Shown: positions 8,812 through 19,176 of the stretch, in pieces
Numbering within the stretch: the stretch's first letter is position 1
Layout: every line of letters starts with the position of its first letter
NCBI GenBank assembly: GCA_045660065.1
Contig: JAZRDC010000068.1
Coordinates: 10,908 to 74,907 of the forward strand
DNA length: 64,000 nt
Origin: Clostridia bacterium
Lineage (GTDB): Bacteria; Bacillota; Clostridia; RGIG6154
Direction of reading: 5' to 3'
Made by a program: the position numbers and the translations under genes
The notes under the pieces: model-generated
Databases searched by the model: none
Told to the model about the DNA's origin: nothing
Seen by the model: only the letters and a program-made list of their open reading frames with translations

Positions 8812-9681
8812 ATGAGAAAATTCGGAGACAGATATGACGCAAAAAGAGTGCGTGATATCGACGGTGTGCATCACTATATGGCATACTTGATGCCAAAGCG
8901 ATGCGATGCAGAAGTTTATATAAATCAGCAGATTGATATTACAGAACTCTTAAAATATATAAACGAAAAAAATGCAAGTGGTGAAAGAAAAGTAACTCTT
9001 TTCCATTGCTTTATTGCAGCTATTGCAAGAACAGTCAAAATGCGTCCGCTTTTGAACAGATATATTTCGGGTAAGCATTTTTATGACAGACATGAAATTT
9101 CAATGGGTTTTACAATCAAGAAAAAATTTACCGACCACTCTGAAGAAACCCTTATGATTTACAGACCGAAAAATGATGAAAACTTAACTGCAATTACAGA
9201 TAGACTTTCACCAAAAGTGAAAGAGGCTAAAAAAGAAAAAGACAATGGTCAGAGTGTTGACGATATTTTAAATATCGTTAAAAAGTTGCCAAAACCAATA
9301 ATGCATATTTTTATGGCTCTTATGAGATTTATGGACAACTACGGACTTATGCCAAAGGCGTTCAGTAGTGTTGATACAAATTACTGCACAGTTTTGTTGT
9401 CTAACTTAGGAAGCATTAAGTGTGATGCAGTTTATCATCACTTAAATAATTTTGGTACAAACGGTATTGTTATCACAATTGGTGAAATGCATAAAGAAGT
9501 TATGCTTGATGAAAACAACGAACCTGTTATAAGAGATGTTGTAAACATCGGTGCAACTTTAGATGAGAGAATTGCAGACGGATTTTATTTTGCACGCTCA
9601 CTTAAACTTATAAAGTATTTGTTTAAAAATCCGCATCTTTTGGATAAAACATTAGGGGAGGAAATTGATTTTGAATTCTGA
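8812..9681 (+). CDS. Stand-alone 2-oxoacid dehydrogenase E2-like acyltransferase catalytic domain
   Basis: LSNLGS motif and C-terminal TLDERIADG (E2 enzymes have DHRxxDG); no lipoyl domain. Confidence 0.75.
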   Translation: MRKFGDRYDAKRVRDIDGVHHYMAYLMPKRCDAEVYINQQIDITELLKYINEKNASGERKVTLFHCFIAAIARTVKMRPLLNRYISGKHFYDRHEISMGFTIKKKFTDHSEETLMIYRPKNDENLTAITDRLSPKVKEAKKEKDNGQSVDDILNIVKKLPKPIMHIFMALMRFMDNYGLMPKAFSSVDTNYCTVLLSNLGSIKCDAVYHHLNNFGTNGIVITIGEMHKEVMLDENNEPVIRDVVNIGATLDERIADGFYFARSLKLIKYLFKNPHLLDKTLGEEIDFEF

Positions 9682-11371
9682 GGCAAGATGGTATAAATAC
9701 TACGGAAATATTCCGCATCATATTGATTATCCTGACATTTCTATGTATCAGATGATTGAAAATGCATCCCAAGGCAACGAGGACAGAGTTGCATATGATT
9801 TTATGGGAAAATCAGTAACATATAAAACATTTTTAGAAGAAATTGAAACTTGTGCAAAAGCATTGATTGCTCAGGGTGTAAAGGTAGGTGAAACTGTAAC
9901 TGTTTGTCTTCCCAATGTTCCTCAGGCAGTTATTATGTTTTACGCAATCAACAGAATAGGGGCTGTTGCAAGTATGGTGCATCCTCTTTCTGCTGAAAAT
10001 GAAATAATGTTTTACTTAAATGAAGCAAAAAGTAAAATTGCAATTACACTCAGCAGATTTTATGAAAAATTTGAAGCAATCAAAGGCAAAACTCAGGTAG
10101 AAAAAGTGATTGTTGCCAAAATCGGCGAAGCACTTCCTGCAATAAAGAGTTTTGCATATAAATTCATCGGTGGTGAACCGAAAGTTAAAAACGAAAAAAA
10201 TGTTATTTCGTGGCCTGACTTTTTAGCGTCGGCTAAGAATGTCAGCGGTGAAATTGCTCACACAGGCAAAGGGGAAGATGATGCAGTAATTCTCTTTAGT
10301 GGTGGCACAACAGGAACTTCTAAAGGGATACTTCTTACAAATCTTAACTTCAACGCCCTTGCACTTCAGACAATTGCATCAGCAGAATGTTATGAAACAG
10401 GGGACACAATCCTTTCTATTATGCCTGTTTTCCACGGTTTTGGTCTGGGTGTAGGTATACATACATTTTTAGCACACGCAGGTAAATGCGTACTTATTCC
10501 GCAGATTAATGTTAAAGAATTTGCAGGATACTTCAAAAAATACCGCCCTAATTTTATGGCAGGCGTGCCAACACTCTTTGAGGCTATGATGAGAAACGAA
10601 GATATGAACACAGCGGACCTTTCATGCCTTAAAGGACTTTTCAGCGGTGGCGATTCTTTGTCAGTTGAACTTAAGAAAAAGGTTGATAAATTTATAAGAG
10701 AGCGCGGTGCTGAAATTCAGGTGCGTGAAGGTTATGGTACAACAGAATGTGTTACCGCAAGTTGCCTTACACCGTCTGATTATTACAGAGAGGGAAGTAT
10801 CGGAATACCATTTCCTGATACATTCTATAAAATCGTAATTCCAAGCACTCACGATGAAGCACCAATCGGTCAGATGGGTGAAATATGTCTTACAGGACCT
10901 ACTCTTATGAAAGAGTATATCAACAATCCGAAAGAAACAATGCAGACACTTCAACTCCACGAGGATGGAAAAACTTATCTTCATACTGGCGACTTGGGTT
11001 ATATGGACGAAGATGGATTTATATACTTTGTTCAAAGACTCAAAAGAATGATTATAACAAGCGGGTACAATGTGTATCCATCACAGGTTGAAAATGTTAT
11101 TGACTCTCACGAAGCGGTTATGTTTTCAACAGTAATCGGTGTAAAAGACGATTATCGTATGCAGAAAGTAAAGGCATTTATCGTGTTAAAACCCGGATTT
11201 GCACCAACTGATGAAATAAAAGAGTCAATTAAAGCACATTGCGAAAAGAGTATCGCAAAATATGCACTTCCGAGAGAGTATGAGTTCAGAGATAATCTGC
11301 CAAAAACTTTAGTTGGTAAAATTGCATATCGTGAACTTGAAAAAGAGGAAGAAGCAAAACTTTCTAAATAA
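9671..11371 (+). CDS. Long-chain acyl-CoA synthetase (AMP-binding enzyme)
   Basis: FSGGTTGTSKG, EGYGTTE, HTGDLG, R.KRMII..G.NVYP, PKT.VGK; TTG start chosen from SD spacing. Confidence 0.9.
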   Translation: MNSEARWYKYYGNIPHHIDYPDISMYQMIENASQGNEDRVAYDFMGKSVTYKTFLEEIETCAKALIAQGVKVGETVTVCLPNVPQAVIMFYAINRIGAVASMVHPLSAENEIMFYLNEAKSKIAITLSRFYEKFEAIKGKTQVEKVIVAKIGEALPAIKSFAYKFIGGEPKVKNEKNVISWPDFLASAKNVSGEIAHTGKGEDDAVILFSGGTTGTSKGILLTNLNFNALALQTIASAECYETGDTILSIMPVFHGFGLGVGIHTFLAHAGKCVLIPQINVKEFAGYFKKYRPNFMAGVPTLFEAMMRNEDMNTADLSCLKGLFSGGDSLSVELKKKVDKFIRERGAEIQVREGYGTTECVTASCLTPSDYYREGSIGIPFPDTFYKIVIPSTHDEAPIGQMGEICLTGPTLMKEYINNPKETMQTLQLHEDGKTYLHTGDLGYMDEDGFIYFVQRLKRMIITSGYNVYPSQVENVIDSHEAVMFSTVIGVKDDYRMQKVKAFIVLKPGFAPTDEIKESIKAHCEKSIAKYALPREYEFRDNLPKTLVGKIAYRELEKEEEAKLSK

Positions 11372-11421
11372 TAAATTACCTTTCAGAAATGCTATAAATA
11401 TTTAACTTCAGGAGGAAGCAT

Positions 11422-13179
11422 ATGGACATTTTTGCGATTTTAAATTTGATCGGCGGATTGGCGTTGTTCCTTTTTGGTATGGACCTTATGGGAGACAGCC
11501 TTAAAAAACTCGCCGGCGGAAAATTGGAATCAATACTTGCAAGACTTACATCTAACAGAATTAAAGGCTTTTTGCTTGGTTTTATAGTAACTGCAGTTAT
11601 TCAGTCATCATCTGCAACAACAGTTATGCTTGTAGGTTTTGTAAACTCCGGTATTATGAAACTGGGGCAGACAATAAGCATTATTATGGGTGCAAACATC
11701 GGTACAACAGTTACTGCGTGGCTCCTTAGTACTGCGGATATCAAAGGTACTGCAATTATACTTAAATTGTTAAAACCTGAGTCGTTTACACCAATCTTAG
11801 CAGCAATCGGTCTTATTATGACAATGGTTGCAAAAAAAGACACCAAGAAAAACACAGGAACAATCCTTTTAGGTTTTGCAATCCTTATGTTTGGTATGGA
11901 TGCAATGAGCGGTGCGGTTGAAGGCCTTCGTGATAACGAAACCTTTACAAATATGCTCACAATGTTCTCAAATCCTTTAATGGGTATTTTAGTTGGTACA
12001 ATTTTTACTGCAATTATTCAGTCATCATCAGCATCTGTAGGTGTTTTGCAGGCGCTTTCGCTTTCTTGTATCATTCCATACTCAACTGCAATCCCTGTTG
12101 TTTTGGGTCAGAATATCGGAACAACAATCACACCGATTATCTCATCAATCAGCGGTAACACAGAATCAAAACGCGTGGCGTTTACCTGCCTTTATATTAA
12201 AATGATTGGTGTTATAATAGTAGTTGGAGTATTCTATATCCTCCACGGAGCACTTGATTTTGCGTTTATGAATGAGCGTGCAAGTGCGGTTAACATCGCT
12301 CTTGTTCATACATTGTTTAATATATTATCTACAATTATTTTATTGCCGTTCTGCTCACTTTTTGAAAAACTTGCAATTAAAACAGTTAAAAGCAAAAAGG
12401 TTGAAGAAGAAACAGATATATTCTCAACTCTTGATGAAAGATTTTTGGAAGTACCTGCATTTGCTGTTGAAAAATGTAAAGAACTTGTTTGCGAAATGGC
12501 AAACATTTCAGGGGAAGCATTTAAACGTGCTGCCAAACTTTTAAATAATTTCAATGATGAAGAATTTGAAGAAATTGCAAAACTCGAAGGCGCAGTTGAT
12601 AAATACGAAGATAAAACAAGCACATATCTTGTAAAAATTGCGGCAAGTAATATGTCAGCCAAAGACAGTAAAGTTGTAACAGAACTTCTTCATTGCGTAG
12701 GAGATATTGAAAGAATTTCTGACCACGCGCTTAACTTAGCAGAAGTTGCACAGGAAATCCACGATAAAAAAATCGACTTTTCACCAAAGGCGAAAGAAGA
12801 TATCAGAATTATCATAAATGCAGTTTCAAACATTTTAGACCTTGCTATTTCTTCACTTGTTAATGAAGATATTGAAATTGCAAAGCGTGTTGAACCATTA
12901 GAACAGGTTATTGACAGACTTAACAGAAAAATCAAAAACGGTCATATCGAAAGACTCCGTCAGGGCGACTGCACAATGGAACTTGGCTTCATTTTGTCAG
13001 ACCTTCTTACAAACTGTGAAAGAGTTGCAGACCATTGTTCAAATATTGCAGTATGCTTTATTGAAATGTCCCACGATTCATTTGAAACTCACGAATATTT
13101 AAATCAGCTTAAAACAAGTGGTGAACAGTCATTTAACGATATGTACGCATTCTACAAACAGAAATATTATATTGAGTAG
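11422..13179 (+). CDS. Na+/Pi cotransporter with PhoU-like C-terminal domains
   Basis: Two QSSSA repeats, GANIGTT/GQNIGTT, ERISDHA and ERVADH. Confidence 0.9.
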   Translation: MDIFAILNLIGGLALFLFGMDLMGDSLKKLAGGKLESILARLTSNRIKGFLLGFIVTAVIQSSSATTVMLVGFVNSGIMKLGQTISIIMGANIGTTVTAWLLSTADIKGTAIILKLLKPESFTPILAAIGLIMTMVAKKDTKKNTGTILLGFAILMFGMDAMSGAVEGLRDNETFTNMLTMFSNPLMGILVGTIFTAIIQSSSASVGVLQALSLSCIIPYSTAIPVVLGQNIGTTITPIISSISGNTESKRVAFTCLYIKMIGVIIVVGVFYILHGALDFAFMNERASAVNIALVHTLFNILSTIILLPFCSLFEKLAIKTVKSKKVEEETDIFSTLDERFLEVPAFAVEKCKELVCEMANISGEAFKRAAKLLNNFNDEEFEEIAKLEGAVDKYEDKTSTYLVKIAASNMSAKDSKVVTELLHCVGDIERISDHALNLAEVAQEIHDKKIDFSPKAKEDIRIIINAVSNILDLAISSLVNEDIEIAKRVEPLEQVIDRLNRKIKNGHIERLRQGDCTMELGFILSDLLTNCERVADHCSNIAVCFIEMSHDSFETHEYLNQLKTSGEQSFNDMYAFYKQKYYIE

Positions 13180-13187
13180 GTGTGCTT

Positions 13188-14051
13188 ATGGAACTTTCAA
13201 TAAATATTGCCTATGTTGCCAAAATGCGAGGCACAGATAGCAAGCGTGATATTGGCGAGTGTGCAAAACTTATAAAAGAAGCGGGATTTAACTATGTTGA
13301 TTTCGGAGTCGCAAGACTCGTTAAGGAAGACAACTGGGAAAAGATTTTTGCTGAGGCAAGAGAAACAATAGAAAAAGAAGGTCTTAAAATTAATCAGACT
13401 CACGCACCATATGTTTTTTCAGGGGTGGACGAGGATGAATATCGCGAGGATATGAGACGCTCTTTTGTGGCAAGTCATATATTAGGGGCAGAAAATATTG
13501 TTATTCACGCAGATAAGTATGTACCTGACGAAAAGGGTTTTAATCCCGAAGTTGCATTAAAAGAAATTTGTGATTTTTACTCACCTTTTGTAGATTATGC
13601 AAAAAAGGTTAATCTTAAGGTGGCGGTAGAAAATCTTTTTGAAGGCCGAACAGTTGAAGGCCCGACTGATTTTGCCAACAGAACAAGATATACTTCTTAT
13701 GTTGAGGAACAGATTGCGGTGATTGAAAATTTCAATGACCCTATTGTTACAGGTTGCTGGGACTTTGGACACGGTCAGGTTTCATACAGATATAACTATA
13801 TGGAAGGCTTGAAAAAAGTCGGCAAATATATAACGAGCACTCATGTTCACGATAATTTCTGGGGACAAGATCTGCATAATATGCCTTTTCATGGCGATGT
13901 TCCATGGGAAGATGTTATGGCATATTTAAAAGAAATCAACTACCCTGGCAAGTTTACGATGGAGGCGGTGTATGGATCGTTCCCTGATGCACTTCTTCCA
14001 CACTACTTAAAAATGTGGTATGAAACAGGAAAATATCTTGTGAATCTTTAA
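13188..14051 (+). CDS. Sugar phosphate isomerase/epimerase (xylose isomerase-like TIM barrel)
   Basis: AVENL, WDFGH, THVHDN..DLH..P..G, F.ME metal-binding motifs. Confidence 0.8.
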   Translation: MELSINIAYVAKMRGTDSKRDIGECAKLIKEAGFNYVDFGVARLVKEDNWEKIFAEARETIEKEGLKINQTHAPYVFSGVDEDEYREDMRRSFVASHILGAENIVIHADKYVPDEKGFNPEVALKEICDFYSPFVDYAKKVNLKVAVENLFEGRTVEGPTDFANRTRYTSYVEEQIAVIENFNDPIVTGCWDFGHGQVSYRYNYMEGLKKVGKYITSTHVHDNFWGQDLHNMPFHGDVPWEDVMAYLKEINYPGKFTMEAVYGSFPDALLPHYLKMWYETGKYLVNL

Positions 14052-14058
14052 TAATTAA

Positions 14059-14092
14059 AAAAGCATTTGTAAAAATATTTACAAATGCTTTT
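14059..14092 (+). terminator. Intrinsic terminator
   Basis: aaaagcatttgtaaa/tttacaaatgctttt. Confidence 0.75.
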
Positions 14093-14137
14093 ATTTGTGG
14101 TAAAATAGGCACATAATATTAAAAAGGATGTGAATTT

Positions 14138-14200
14138 ATGGACGCGTATCCCGGGCGATGGAATACAATCGAATATTTTGGGGCGGTCCGTATTTTTTAA
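14138..14200 (+). CDS. Putative 20-aa leader peptide (MDAYPGRWNTIEYFGAVRIF) of mgtE
   Basis: SD aaaagga 9 nt upstream; the ORF covers the antiterminator strand ggggcggtc. Confidence 0.55.
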   Translation: MDAYPGRWNTIEYFGAVRIF

Positions 14201-14239
14201 GTTTTTTGTTGACCGCCTTGTTTAAGGAGGTCTTTTTTT
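14180..14239 (+). promoter_or_regulatory. Attenuator of mgtE (antiterminator versus terminator/SD-sequestering hairpin)
   Basis: ggggcggtc (14180-14188) or aaggaggtc (14224-14232) can each pair with gaccgcctt (14211-14219); T7 follows. Confidence 0.65.
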
Positions 14240-15577
14240 ATGAATGAAAAAATCAGTGAAATGATTTCAAACAAGCAAAACTTAAGTCAGATCAGACAGA
14301 ATCTATTAGAAGAAAATCCTGCTGATATTGCAGTACTTTTTGAAGAATTAGAGAAAGATAATTTAGTCAGGGTGTTCCGCCTTTTGCCCAAAGAACTTGC
14401 GGCGGAAGTGTTTACCTATATGGAGCCTGATTTACAGCAGAGCATCGTAGAGGCGATAACTGACCGAGAACTTTCGGGCATTATTGACGAGTTGTTTTTG
14501 GACGATACTGTGGACTTTATTGACGAAATGCCCGCCAATGTTGTAAAAAGGGTTTTGAAGAACACAGATCCTAACACAAGACAACTTATAAATCAATTTT
14601 TGCAGTACAAGGAAGATTCTGCAGGAAGTATTATGACAGTTGAATTTGTTGATCTTAAAAAACAAATGACTGTTAAAGAAGCATTTGAGTATATCAGAAA
14701 AACAGGTGTTGACAAAGAAACGATTTATACCTGCTATGTTACAAACAAAAACCGAAAACTTCAGGGCGTTTTGTCTGTAAAGGATTTGCTTCTTGCAGAT
14801 TACGAGGATGTTATTGAAGATATTATGGACACAAATGTTATTTCTGTCCATACCGATGACGACAAAGAAGAAGTTGTAAATGCCTTAAGTAAATACAACT
14901 TTTTGGCACTTCCTGTTGTTGACAAGGAAACAAGACTTGTTGGTATTGTTACTATCGACGATGCTATTGATGTTTTGCAGGAAGAAAATACAGAAGATAT
15001 CGAAAAAATGGCGGCGATTACGCCATCTGACAAGCCATATTTCAAAACAGGTGTTTTTGAAACCTTTGTGCAGAGAATTCCCTGGCTTATGCTTCTTATG
15101 ATTTCTGCGGCCTTTACAGGTGCAATTATTTCTCATTTTGAAGAAGCCCTTGGTAAAATGGTGGTTTTAACATCGTTTATTCCTATGTTTATGGGTACGG
15201 GCGGTAATGCAGGCGGTCAGTCGTCTGTTACAATTATCCGTGGTATTTCACTTGGAGAAATTGAATTTTCCGATTTGCTAAAAGCCGTGTGGAAAGAAAT
15301 CAGAGTTGGTGTTTTGTGCGGAATAGCACTGGCGTTGGTAAACTTTTTGAAACTCATGATTTTTGACAGAGTAGGTTTAGAGGTTTCTATGGTTGTAAAT
15401 CTTACCTTGGTTGCAACAGTATTTTTTGCAAAAATCATCGGTTGCGTACTTCCGATGATTGCGAAAAAATTAAAACTCGACCCTGCGGTTGTGGCATCAC
15501 CTTTTATCACAACAATTATCGATGCTTTGTCTTTGGTAATTTACTTTAATATTGCATCTAATGTTTTAGGTATATAA
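14240..15577 (+). CDS. mgtE: Magnesium transporter MgtE
   Basis: N domain, CBS pair (SAGSIMT), GGNAGGQS, DPAVVASPFITTIID. Confidence 0.95.
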   Translation: MNEKISEMISNKQNLSQIRQNLLEENPADIAVLFEELEKDNLVRVFRLLPKELAAEVFTYMEPDLQQSIVEAITDRELSGIIDELFLDDTVDFIDEMPANVVKRVLKNTDPNTRQLINQFLQYKEDSAGSIMTVEFVDLKKQMTVKEAFEYIRKTGVDKETIYTCYVTNKNRKLQGVLSVKDLLLADYEDVIEDIMDTNVISVHTDDDKEEVVNALSKYNFLALPVVDKETRLVGIVTIDDAIDVLQEENTEDIEKMAAITPSDKPYFKTGVFETFVQRIPWLMLLMISAAFTGAIISHFEEALGKMVVLTSFIPMFMGTGGNAGGQSSVTIIRGISLGEIEFSDLLKAVWKEIRVGVLCGIALALVNFLKLMIFDRVGLEVSMVVNLTLVATVFFAKIIGCVLPMIAKKLKLDPAVVASPFITTIIDALSLVIYFNIASNVLGI

Positions 15578-15602
15578 AAAATCGCCGAAAGGCGATTTTT
15601 TT
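15577..15602 (+). terminator. Intrinsic terminator
   Basis: aaaaatcgcc-gaaa-ggcgattttt. Confidence 0.85.
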
Positions 15603-15665
15603 GTTGAAAAATATAGAAAAAGGTGATAAAATAAAGAGGTCGAAACGGGAGTTGGATTTTAAAGT

Positions 15666-16613
15666 ATGAAAACAATTTTTGTGATAAACCCAATGGCGGG
15701 TAAGAAAAACAATATTGAAAAATTGAAAAATCAAATAAATAAAGCATCTTGTGCTTTGCGTGAAGATGTTGAAATTTATGTTACAAAAGCAGTTTCTGAT
15801 GCAACAGAATTTGTGAAAAATTACTGCAAGGCTAACGGAAGTGCAAGATTTATCGCAGTTGGCGGTGATGGTACACTTTCTGAAGTTTTAAACGGTGCAA
15901 TGGGATCCCCAAATGCCGAAGTGGGCGTTATACCAATGGGTACGGGGAATGATTTTTGCAGAAATTTTAAAGATTGTGATTTTAACGATATTTTGTTGCA
16001 AATTGAAGGGCAAAGCGTAAAGTGCGATGCAATAAGATATAAAACAACAGTCGGCGGGAAAGAAAAGGTTGGGTACTGCGCAAATATGTTCAACATCGGG
16101 TTTGACTGCAATGTGGCAGACACAACTGATTACATCAAAAAAAGTGGTGTTGCAGGGTCTATGGCATATTTTGTTTCTATTCTTGTAACTTTGGTAAAAA
16201 GAAAATGTTCTCATCTTGAAATAGAACTGGACGGAGAAAAGGTCCATAAAGGCGAACTTCTGCTCACATCTTTGGCAAATGGTTGCTTTTGCGGGGGCGG
16301 AGTAAAAAGCAATCCTCTTGCGAGTGTATGCGATGGAAATATCAACATAAACATTATAAAGAAAGTTCCGAGAATTAAATTTGTTTCCCTTTTGCCACAT
16401 TATATGAAAGGCACAGTGCTTGAGTTAAAAGGCATTGAAAAATACATAACATCAAAACTTGCAAAAAAGATAACTGTTACACCCCTTTCGGGTAAAATGA
16501 GAATTTGTATAGATGGGGAAATTGCAGATGCAGGAAAGACAGAGTTTGAAGTTGCCCACAACGCCTTTAACTTTGTTTTGCCCAAAAAGTCAAAAGTTCT
16601 GATGGAAGTTTGA
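15666..16613 (+). CDS. Diacylglycerol kinase-family lipid kinase (YegS/BmrU-like)
   Basis: INPMAG, GGDGTL.EV.NG, P.GTGNDF, DGE motifs. Confidence 0.9.
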   Translation: MKTIFVINPMAGKKNNIEKLKNQINKASCALREDVEIYVTKAVSDATEFVKNYCKANGSARFIAVGGDGTLSEVLNGAMGSPNAEVGVIPMGTGNDFCRNFKDCDFNDILLQIEGQSVKCDAIRYKTTVGGKEKVGYCANMFNIGFDCNVADTTDYIKKSGVAGSMAYFVSILVTLVKRKCSHLEIELDGEKVHKGELLLTSLANGCFCGGGVKSNPLASVCDGNININIIKKVPRIKFVSLLPHYMKGTVLELKGIEKYITSKLAKKITVTPLSGKMRICIDGEIADAGKTEFEVAHNAFNFVLPKKSKVLMEV

Positions 16614-16621
16614 AATAAAAT

Positions 16622-16645
16622 AAAAAGTGCCGAAAGGCACTTTTT
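16622..16645. terminator. Bidirectional terminator
   Basis: aaaaagtgcc-gaaa-ggcacttttt between convergent genes. Confidence 0.85.
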
Positions 16646-17924
16646 ATTTTATTTCAATATTTTCACAGTTTTTAAGTGTAATGTCTTTTCCATTCTGATT
16701 TGTAACAGTTACATTGTTTAATGTGCAGTCTTTGGCATTTTCAATGTAAATTCCTTCTGCTTTTGTCATTGGAATGTTTGGTGCTAAAATAGGAATTTGT
16801 GTTCCTGAAATTTCATTTTCTTTCATCTCTATTGAAATGTTGCTTAATGTAATTCCTGAAATTGGAAGTTCAGGAAGTCCCTTCATATAAATAGCACTTA
16901 CACAGGCATTTTTTGCAGAAATATTGCTGATGTTTATGTTTTTAATATAAGGAGTTTTATCTGTAACAGGTTTTTTATCATCAGAGAACAAAAATTCGTC
17001 GCTTCTGTCACAGTTGCAGAAATAATATTCGTTAATGCAGACAGGCACCCATACTTTGTCCATAATGATGTTTGAAAACATCATATCTTCTAAAGATCCG
17101 CCACGAAGTCTTCTTGTTTTAATTCTTACACCTCTGTCAGTTCCGTTGAATACGCAGTTGTTAACAACAACATTTTTAATAGAACCTGACATTTCACTGC
17201 CGATTACCACACCGCCGTGGCCGTTGAGCATTGTGCAGTTTGTGATGGTAATGTTTTCGCAAGGCATTGATTTTTTGAAGTTTTCTTCTTCTGTACCCGC
17301 TTTGATTGTAACACAGTCGTCGCCAACATCAACATAGCAGTTTGAAATATGAACATTCTGACAACTTTCAGGGTTAATTCCGTCTGTGTTCGGTGAGTCT
17401 GACGGATTCTTGATTGTAATTGCGTCAACTGTTACATTGTTGCAGCAAAGTGGATGAACTGTCCACATTGCAGAGTTTACGATTTTTATGTCGCGGATAG
17501 TAATATTTTTGCAGTTTACAGGCTGAACCGCTCTTGGGCGGTTCTGATTTTCAGGGTCGTGCCACCAGTTGTAGCCTCTGCCGTCGATGGTTCCTCCGCC
17601 TGTGATGGTTACATTTTCCGCATTTACTGCACCAACTAAACCTAAATTGAAGTTTTCGCCATAGTCGCCTAAATTTTTATCTTTTAAAGAAAGGTAATTT
17701 TCTTTCTTTTCACTACCAAGGATTGTAGCGCCCGGGGATATAAACAAAGTTGTATTGCTTTCTAAACATATTGAGCCTGTAACATACTGCCCTGATGGAA
17801 GAAAAATTATTCCGCCTCCATCGGCACCTACTTTTTCTGTTAAATCTTTAAATGCTTTAGTATTGTCGGTTGTGCCGTCAGGAATGATGTTGTACTGGGT
17901 TGCATCGTAAAATGATTTAATCAT
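16644..17924 (-). CDS. Glycoside hydrolase family 28 (polygalacturonase)
   Basis: NTDG, GDD, GHG and RIK catalytic motifs; SD aaggaga before ATG 17924. Confidence 0.92.
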   Translation of the reverse strand: MIKSFYDATQYNIIPDGTTDNTKAFKDLTEKVGADGGGIIFLPSGQYVTGSICLESNTTLFISPGATILGSEKKENYLSLKDKNLGDYGENFNLGLVGAVNAENVTITGGGTIDGRGYNWWHDPENQNRPRAVQPVNCKNITIRDIKIVNSAMWTVHPLCCNNVTVDAITIKNPSDSPNTDGINPESCQNVHISNCYVDVGDDCVTIKAGTEEENFKKSMPCENITITNCTMLNGHGGVVIGSEMSGSIKNVVVNNCVFNGTDRGVRIKTRRLRGGSLEDMMFSNIIMDKVWVPVCINEYYFCNCDRSDEFLFSDDKKPVTDKTPYIKNINISNISAKNACVSAIYMKGLPELPISGITLSNISIEMKENEISGTQIPILAPNIPMTKAEGIYIENAKDCTLNNVTVTNQNGKDITLKNCENIEIK

Positions 17925-17997
17925 AAATGTTCTCCTTAAGTAAAATATAAAATCATTATACCATAAAAATGCAAGAATGTAAAGAGGGAGCAATTTG

Positions 17998-18026
17998 TTG
18001 ACAAATTCGGCAGAATAATGTATAAT
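17998..18026 (+). promoter_or_regulatory. SigA promoter of rfbB
   Basis: TTGACA-17-TATAAT. Confidence 0.8.
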
Positions 18027-18054
18027 TTAAGGATGAGAAAACGGAGGGATAACT

Positions 18055-19074
18055 ATGAAAATTTTGGTAACAGGCGGAGCAGGATTTATTGGTAGTAATT
18101 TTGTTTATTATATGCTTGATAAATATTCAGATTACAAAATTGTATGCCTTGATGCACTTACCTACGCAGGAAATTTAAGCACACTGAAAGAGGCTCTTGA
18201 AAACAAGAATTTTAAATTTGTAAAAGGCGATATAACAGACAGAAAGTTGGTTTTTGAACTTTTTGAAGAAGAAAAGTTTGACGTAGTTGTAAACTTTGCA
18301 GCAGAAAGCCATGTTGACCGCTCTATTGAAAATCCCGAAGTGTTTTTGAAAACAAATATTTTAGGAACTCAGGTTTTGATGGACGCATCACTTAAATATA
18401 ATGTTAAGAGATATCATCAGGTTTCAACTGACGAAGTATACGGAGACCTTCCTTTGGACAGACCTGATTTAATGTTCACAGAACAAACTCATATTCACAC
18501 ATCAAGCCCGTATTCTGCGTCAAAAGCATCGGCAGATCTTTTGTGTCAGGCATACCATAGAACTTTTGGTCTTCCTGCTACAATTTCAAGATGCTCAAAC
18601 AACTATGGTCCTTTCCATTTTCCTGAAAAGTTAATCCCACTTATGATAATAAATGCGTTGGCAGAAAAACCTCTTCCTGTATACGGAAAAGGCGAAAATG
18701 TCCGCGATTGGCTTTATGTTGAGGACCATTGTAAGGCTATTGATGCAATCATTCACAAAGGCAGAGTGGGTGAAGTTTATAATGTTGGCGGACATAACGA
18801 AAAGAAAAACATTGAAATTGTAAAAATAATTATTGAAAGACTTGGAAAAAGCGAAGATCTGATAACATATGTAACCGACAGAAAGGGACACGATTTAAGA
18901 TACGCAATCGACCCTGCAAAGATTACAGAAGAACTTGGCTGGGAACCTGAAACCAGATTTGAAGACGGTATTGAAAAAACAATCAAATGGTACCTTGAAA
19001 ACAAAGACTGGTGGCAGGAGATTGTAAGCGGTGAATACAAAAATTATTATGAAAAAATGTATTCAGACAGATAA
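18055..19074 (+). CDS. rfbB: dTDP-glucose 4,6-dehydratase
   Basis: GGAGFIG, FAAESHVDRSI, STDEVYG, YSASK. Confidence 0.95.
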   Translation: MKILVTGGAGFIGSNFVYYMLDKYSDYKIVCLDALTYAGNLSTLKEALENKNFKFVKGDITDRKLVFELFEEEKFDVVVNFAAESHVDRSIENPEVFLKTNILGTQVLMDASLKYNVKRYHQVSTDEVYGDLPLDRPDLMFTEQTHIHTSSPYSASKASADLLCQAYHRTFGLPATISRCSNNYGPFHFPEKLIPLMIINALAEKPLPVYGKGENVRDWLYVEDHCKAIDAIIHKGRVGEVYNVGGHNEKKNIEIVKIIIERLGKSEDLITYVTDRKGHDLRYAIDPAKITEELGWEPETRFEDGIEKTIKWYLENKDWWQEIVSGEYKNYYEKMYSDR

Positions 19075-19176
19075 ATGCAAGTTTTTGAAAAAAATATTGC
19101 AAAAATAGTCAAAAAATATTGATTTAGCATATAAATTGTGGTAAAATAATAAAATAAATTTTAAGGAGGAGCACTG

